Assembly: GCA_045604285.1 (NCBI GenBank) | Contig: JAZUNS010000043.1 | Location: 1-47,609 of the forward strand | Direction: 5' to 3' | Length of the DNA: 47,609 nt | From: Eubacteriales bacterium | GTDB taxonomy: Bacteria; Bacillota; Clostridia; Oscillospirales; CAG-382 | Shown: piece after piece, positions 46,501 to 47,609 of the stretch | Numbering within the stretch: position 1 is the first letter of the stretch | Layout: every line of letters starts with the position of its first letter | Position numbers and translations under genes: made by a program | The notes under the pieces: model-generated | What the model was told of the DNA's origin: nothing | The model's input: only the letters and a program-made list of their open reading frames with translations | The model's database searches: none

Positions 46501-47609
46501 GGTGGTACCGCTGAGACTACCGTGAGTACCTGCAACAAAGTTTACGTTGCGGAGGGTGGTTACCTGTTCGGGGCCGAGAACCTCAATTTCACCGATTCTT
46601 GCAGCATAATAGGTGCTCATGGAAAGAGTAATTTGCAGATATCTAATGCTGCTGGAAGAAGAATTTTCCACAACAGCCTGGTATCCATAACCACTGATAT
46701 GATTGAATGTGGTAGTGGAGCCCATCGTTGACCAGTTTACGTTGCTGTTAAGGGAAGACCTTGTAGTATACTTAACGGTAACGTTATTAGGTAAACCTCT
46801 GTTACCGGAAGTTACTGGCGTACCCAAGTTAACAACAACTTGTTCAATGTCGGACTGTGAGGTTTTAAGCTTGACGATAATTGTTACAATGTTGCTCTGT
46901 GCCTGATAGCCGCTTGTGGAGCCACGGGCAGTTTCAACCCAGTTACCGTCGCCCAAAAGCACGGTAGCATTATCGTTAAGATAGCCGTTGCCGAAGCTTA
47001 GAGTCGTGCTGGAGAAGCCGCTTCTCATAGACTCTGTGCTTACTGTAGTAAAGTTAGGATCGTTATATCCATCAAGCAAGGAACCGATGTAATATGCATA
47101 CATACCGCCGTTTGCGGACGCCGCATAGTTCTCACGATAAGAACCAAGCTCCTCAACAACGAAAAGTGCTGTATAGGTTACGTCTGCAGTAATAGCAGAA
47201 TCATCGGAAGGTAATGCGGGAGACCAACTGTCGAATACGTAGCCGCTGTTAGCCACAGGAGTAGGAACGGTTACTGCGTTGCTCCAAAGAGTGCCTTCTG
47301 CTATATCATTGAAGTACAACGTACCGGACAAGCTGCCGTTAGAGCCTGCAACGAATACTACGTTATAGGTAGGAATAGCTTCAAAGTTTGCGGTAAAGGT
47401 TACGTCAGTGGTAACTGTAGAGGGGAAAGAAGCATTCCATGAAGTGAAGCGGTAGCCGTCGTTTGCAACAGGCGAAGGAACGGAAATGGTGGACCATGCC
47501 GTACCCTTAAGCACCGTGAAAGAGGAAGCGCCGCTGAGAGTGCCGTTTGAGCCTGCAACGAAGGTTACGGTTGCATACTGACTTGCATCATATACGAAGT
47601 TTGCGGTAT
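43552..47609 (-). CDS. second giant modular protein (at least 1351 aa in window; N-terminus outside): GYxFxxW Listeria-Bacteroides (Flg_new) repeats, 2 discoidin-like modules, an unassigned beta-rich module, C-terminal GHL10-type (YngK-like) glycoside-hydrolase-like domain
   Basis: The track starts the ORF at an internal GTG (47514). I translated 47515-47609 in the same frame and found no stop: ...TANFVYDASQYATVTFVAGSNGTLSGASSFTV-LKGTAWS..., which is another repeat unit. The C-terminal 400 aa contain LYVQVRPNGDSMYPSEYY, AWINPLR and VDGVHMDDYFYP. Confidence 0.88.
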   Translation of the reverse strand, partial: TANFVYDASQYATVTFVAGSNGTLSGASSFTVLKGTAWSTISVPSPVANDGYRFTSWNASFPSTVTTDVTFTANFEAIPTYNVVFVAGSNGSLSGTLYFNDIAEGTLWSNAVTVPTPVANSGYVFDSWSPALPSDDSAITADVTYTALFVVEELGSYRENYAASANGGMYAYYIGSLLDGYNDPNFTTVSTESMRSGFSSTTLSFGNGYLNDNATVLLGDGNWVETARGSTSGYQAQSNIVTIIVKLKTSQSDIEQVVVNLGTPVTSGNRGLPNNVTVKYTTRSSLNSNVNWSTMGSTTTFNHISGYGYQAVVENSSSSSIRYLQITLSMSTYYAARIGEIEVLGPEQVTTLRNVNFVAGTHGSLSGTTSFAVPDGSAWSAVTVPTPVADDGYRFSHWSPSLPSSSSTITADATYTAVFTEKLGGEELNYALSDNGGKYMITTGTVQTGFPDSFDSGSAYGSGYLNDGNWLTSTNDAWVEVSRSSNIIGVTFKLSTPITMTQAVMNFGLRESSSNRALPDSVTVYVGSSAGNLSTVFGTGSDFVATSDYGYSLTITGTAEEVSYVYFECAMSQYIGRLGEFEIYGAEGEVVPTYTVNFVAGSNGTITGSTLQTVVEGTKWSNITVPSATANPGYKFTGWTPALPADTDTITSNLTFTANFEYDASQWSTVTFVAGSGGSLSGTTSVSVPNGTAWTSITVPTVVEDEGYTFTEWTPSFPTTITTSATYTANFIVTPVDQFVVTFSAGNGGSLSGTTVFTVDEGTLWSEITVPTPVADSGYIFTSWTPALPSSTDAIGDNATYVANFVVDTGEILEGVIYINGVNASQYTSGGSHVYTINYGAAFTATYWEVYVAGYSEAKGGYIVTEKYASSETKSVEVPANGIVVAVHMGSQTQAACAYVDVGDLLVLTDDIDLNNATCVAGTSYISIYTGDGTLPDSSGTVEPEPPVVDPTEYQQLNYSHIKGMWLSQFDLNSVYVASSSQRSEASFRSLMATILDNCVNIGINTLYVQVRPNGDSMYPSEYYTASKYVVGAYGNTHSYDPFAIIIEMAHARNLSVQAWINPLRLMSSTDIAKVSSSFKVGEWYQSSTYNGKYVVLYSSYYYLNPAYEEVRQLIIDGAKEICTLYNVDGVHMDDYFYPTTASSFDSTAYSEYTGSLSLANWRRQNLNLLVSGIYSAVKSVDKDILFGISPAGNMSTVYNSQYADVYTWCSSSGYIDYICPQVYFGMLHSSQGFASCSSGWANITTSASVTMYTGITLGKAMDGYNGTIDTYAGTTAGQYEWVNNRDVIKSCLEYVRDDLSGCTGVVFFCYQYFYSPTTGAAVASTAEERANFQPILDELYPNTTVVANVE

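Noticed and set aside
43921-46906. Plus-strand ORFs of 290, 277, 104 and 67 aa inside the second giant gene
   Set aside because: Same antisense codon-bias artefact as above.

Overview
This is a 47.6-kb chromosomal window from a low-GC Gram-positive, endospore-forming anaerobe. The class assignment (Clostridia) is an inference from gene content: spoVAC/AD/AE, a multimeric NADH-type [FeFe]-hydrogenase, a Bacillus-type long SRP RNA and sortase B. I support about 45 protein genes, one SRP RNA, several near-consensus sigma-A promoters and several rho-independent terminators. I saw no tRNA, rRNA, CRISPR array, transposase, integrase or phage genes, so most of the window is core housekeeping. Left to right: (1) on the minus strand, hydC / HATPase / 2Fe-2S ferredoxin / hydB (cut by the window edge), preceded by a tightly packed five-gene cassette of DRTGG, SpoIIAB-like kinase, H-cluster-domain sensor-like protein, DRTGG and PHP phosphoesterase; (2) an aldo-keto reductase with an Fe-S tail, and a GH2 glycosidase; (3) an 1816-aa sortase-anchored surface protein built from discoidin-like and InlB-B-repeat-like modules; (4) a MazF/EndoA toxin gene with no adjacent antitoxin; (5) rlu, lysA, engB, lon, glcK, hprK, mnmA; (6) SRP RNA-dnaX-ybaB-recR, the same order as in Bacillus; (7) an ECF sigma / membrane protein / lipoprotein serpin operon; (8) spoVAC-AD-AE; (9) an AMP-ligase plus stand-alone ACP; (10) sortase B; (11) tig-clpP-clpX; (12) ACT / PaaK-type ligase / flavin reductase; (13) a three-gene ABC importer; (14) a second giant repeat protein ending in a GHL10-type glycosidase-like domain, whose N-terminus lies outside the window. 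The best candidates for a second look are the uncharacterised hydrogenase-linked sensing/phosphorylation cassette, the ECF-serpin operon, the two mosaic giant surface proteins and their non-canonical sorting signal, the orphan MazF, and an in-frame E. coli-type A AAA AAG slippery heptamer in dnaX. All calls were made by eye from the sequence and translations. RNA ends and promoter or terminator limits are approximate (about +/-10 nt). No database search was run.
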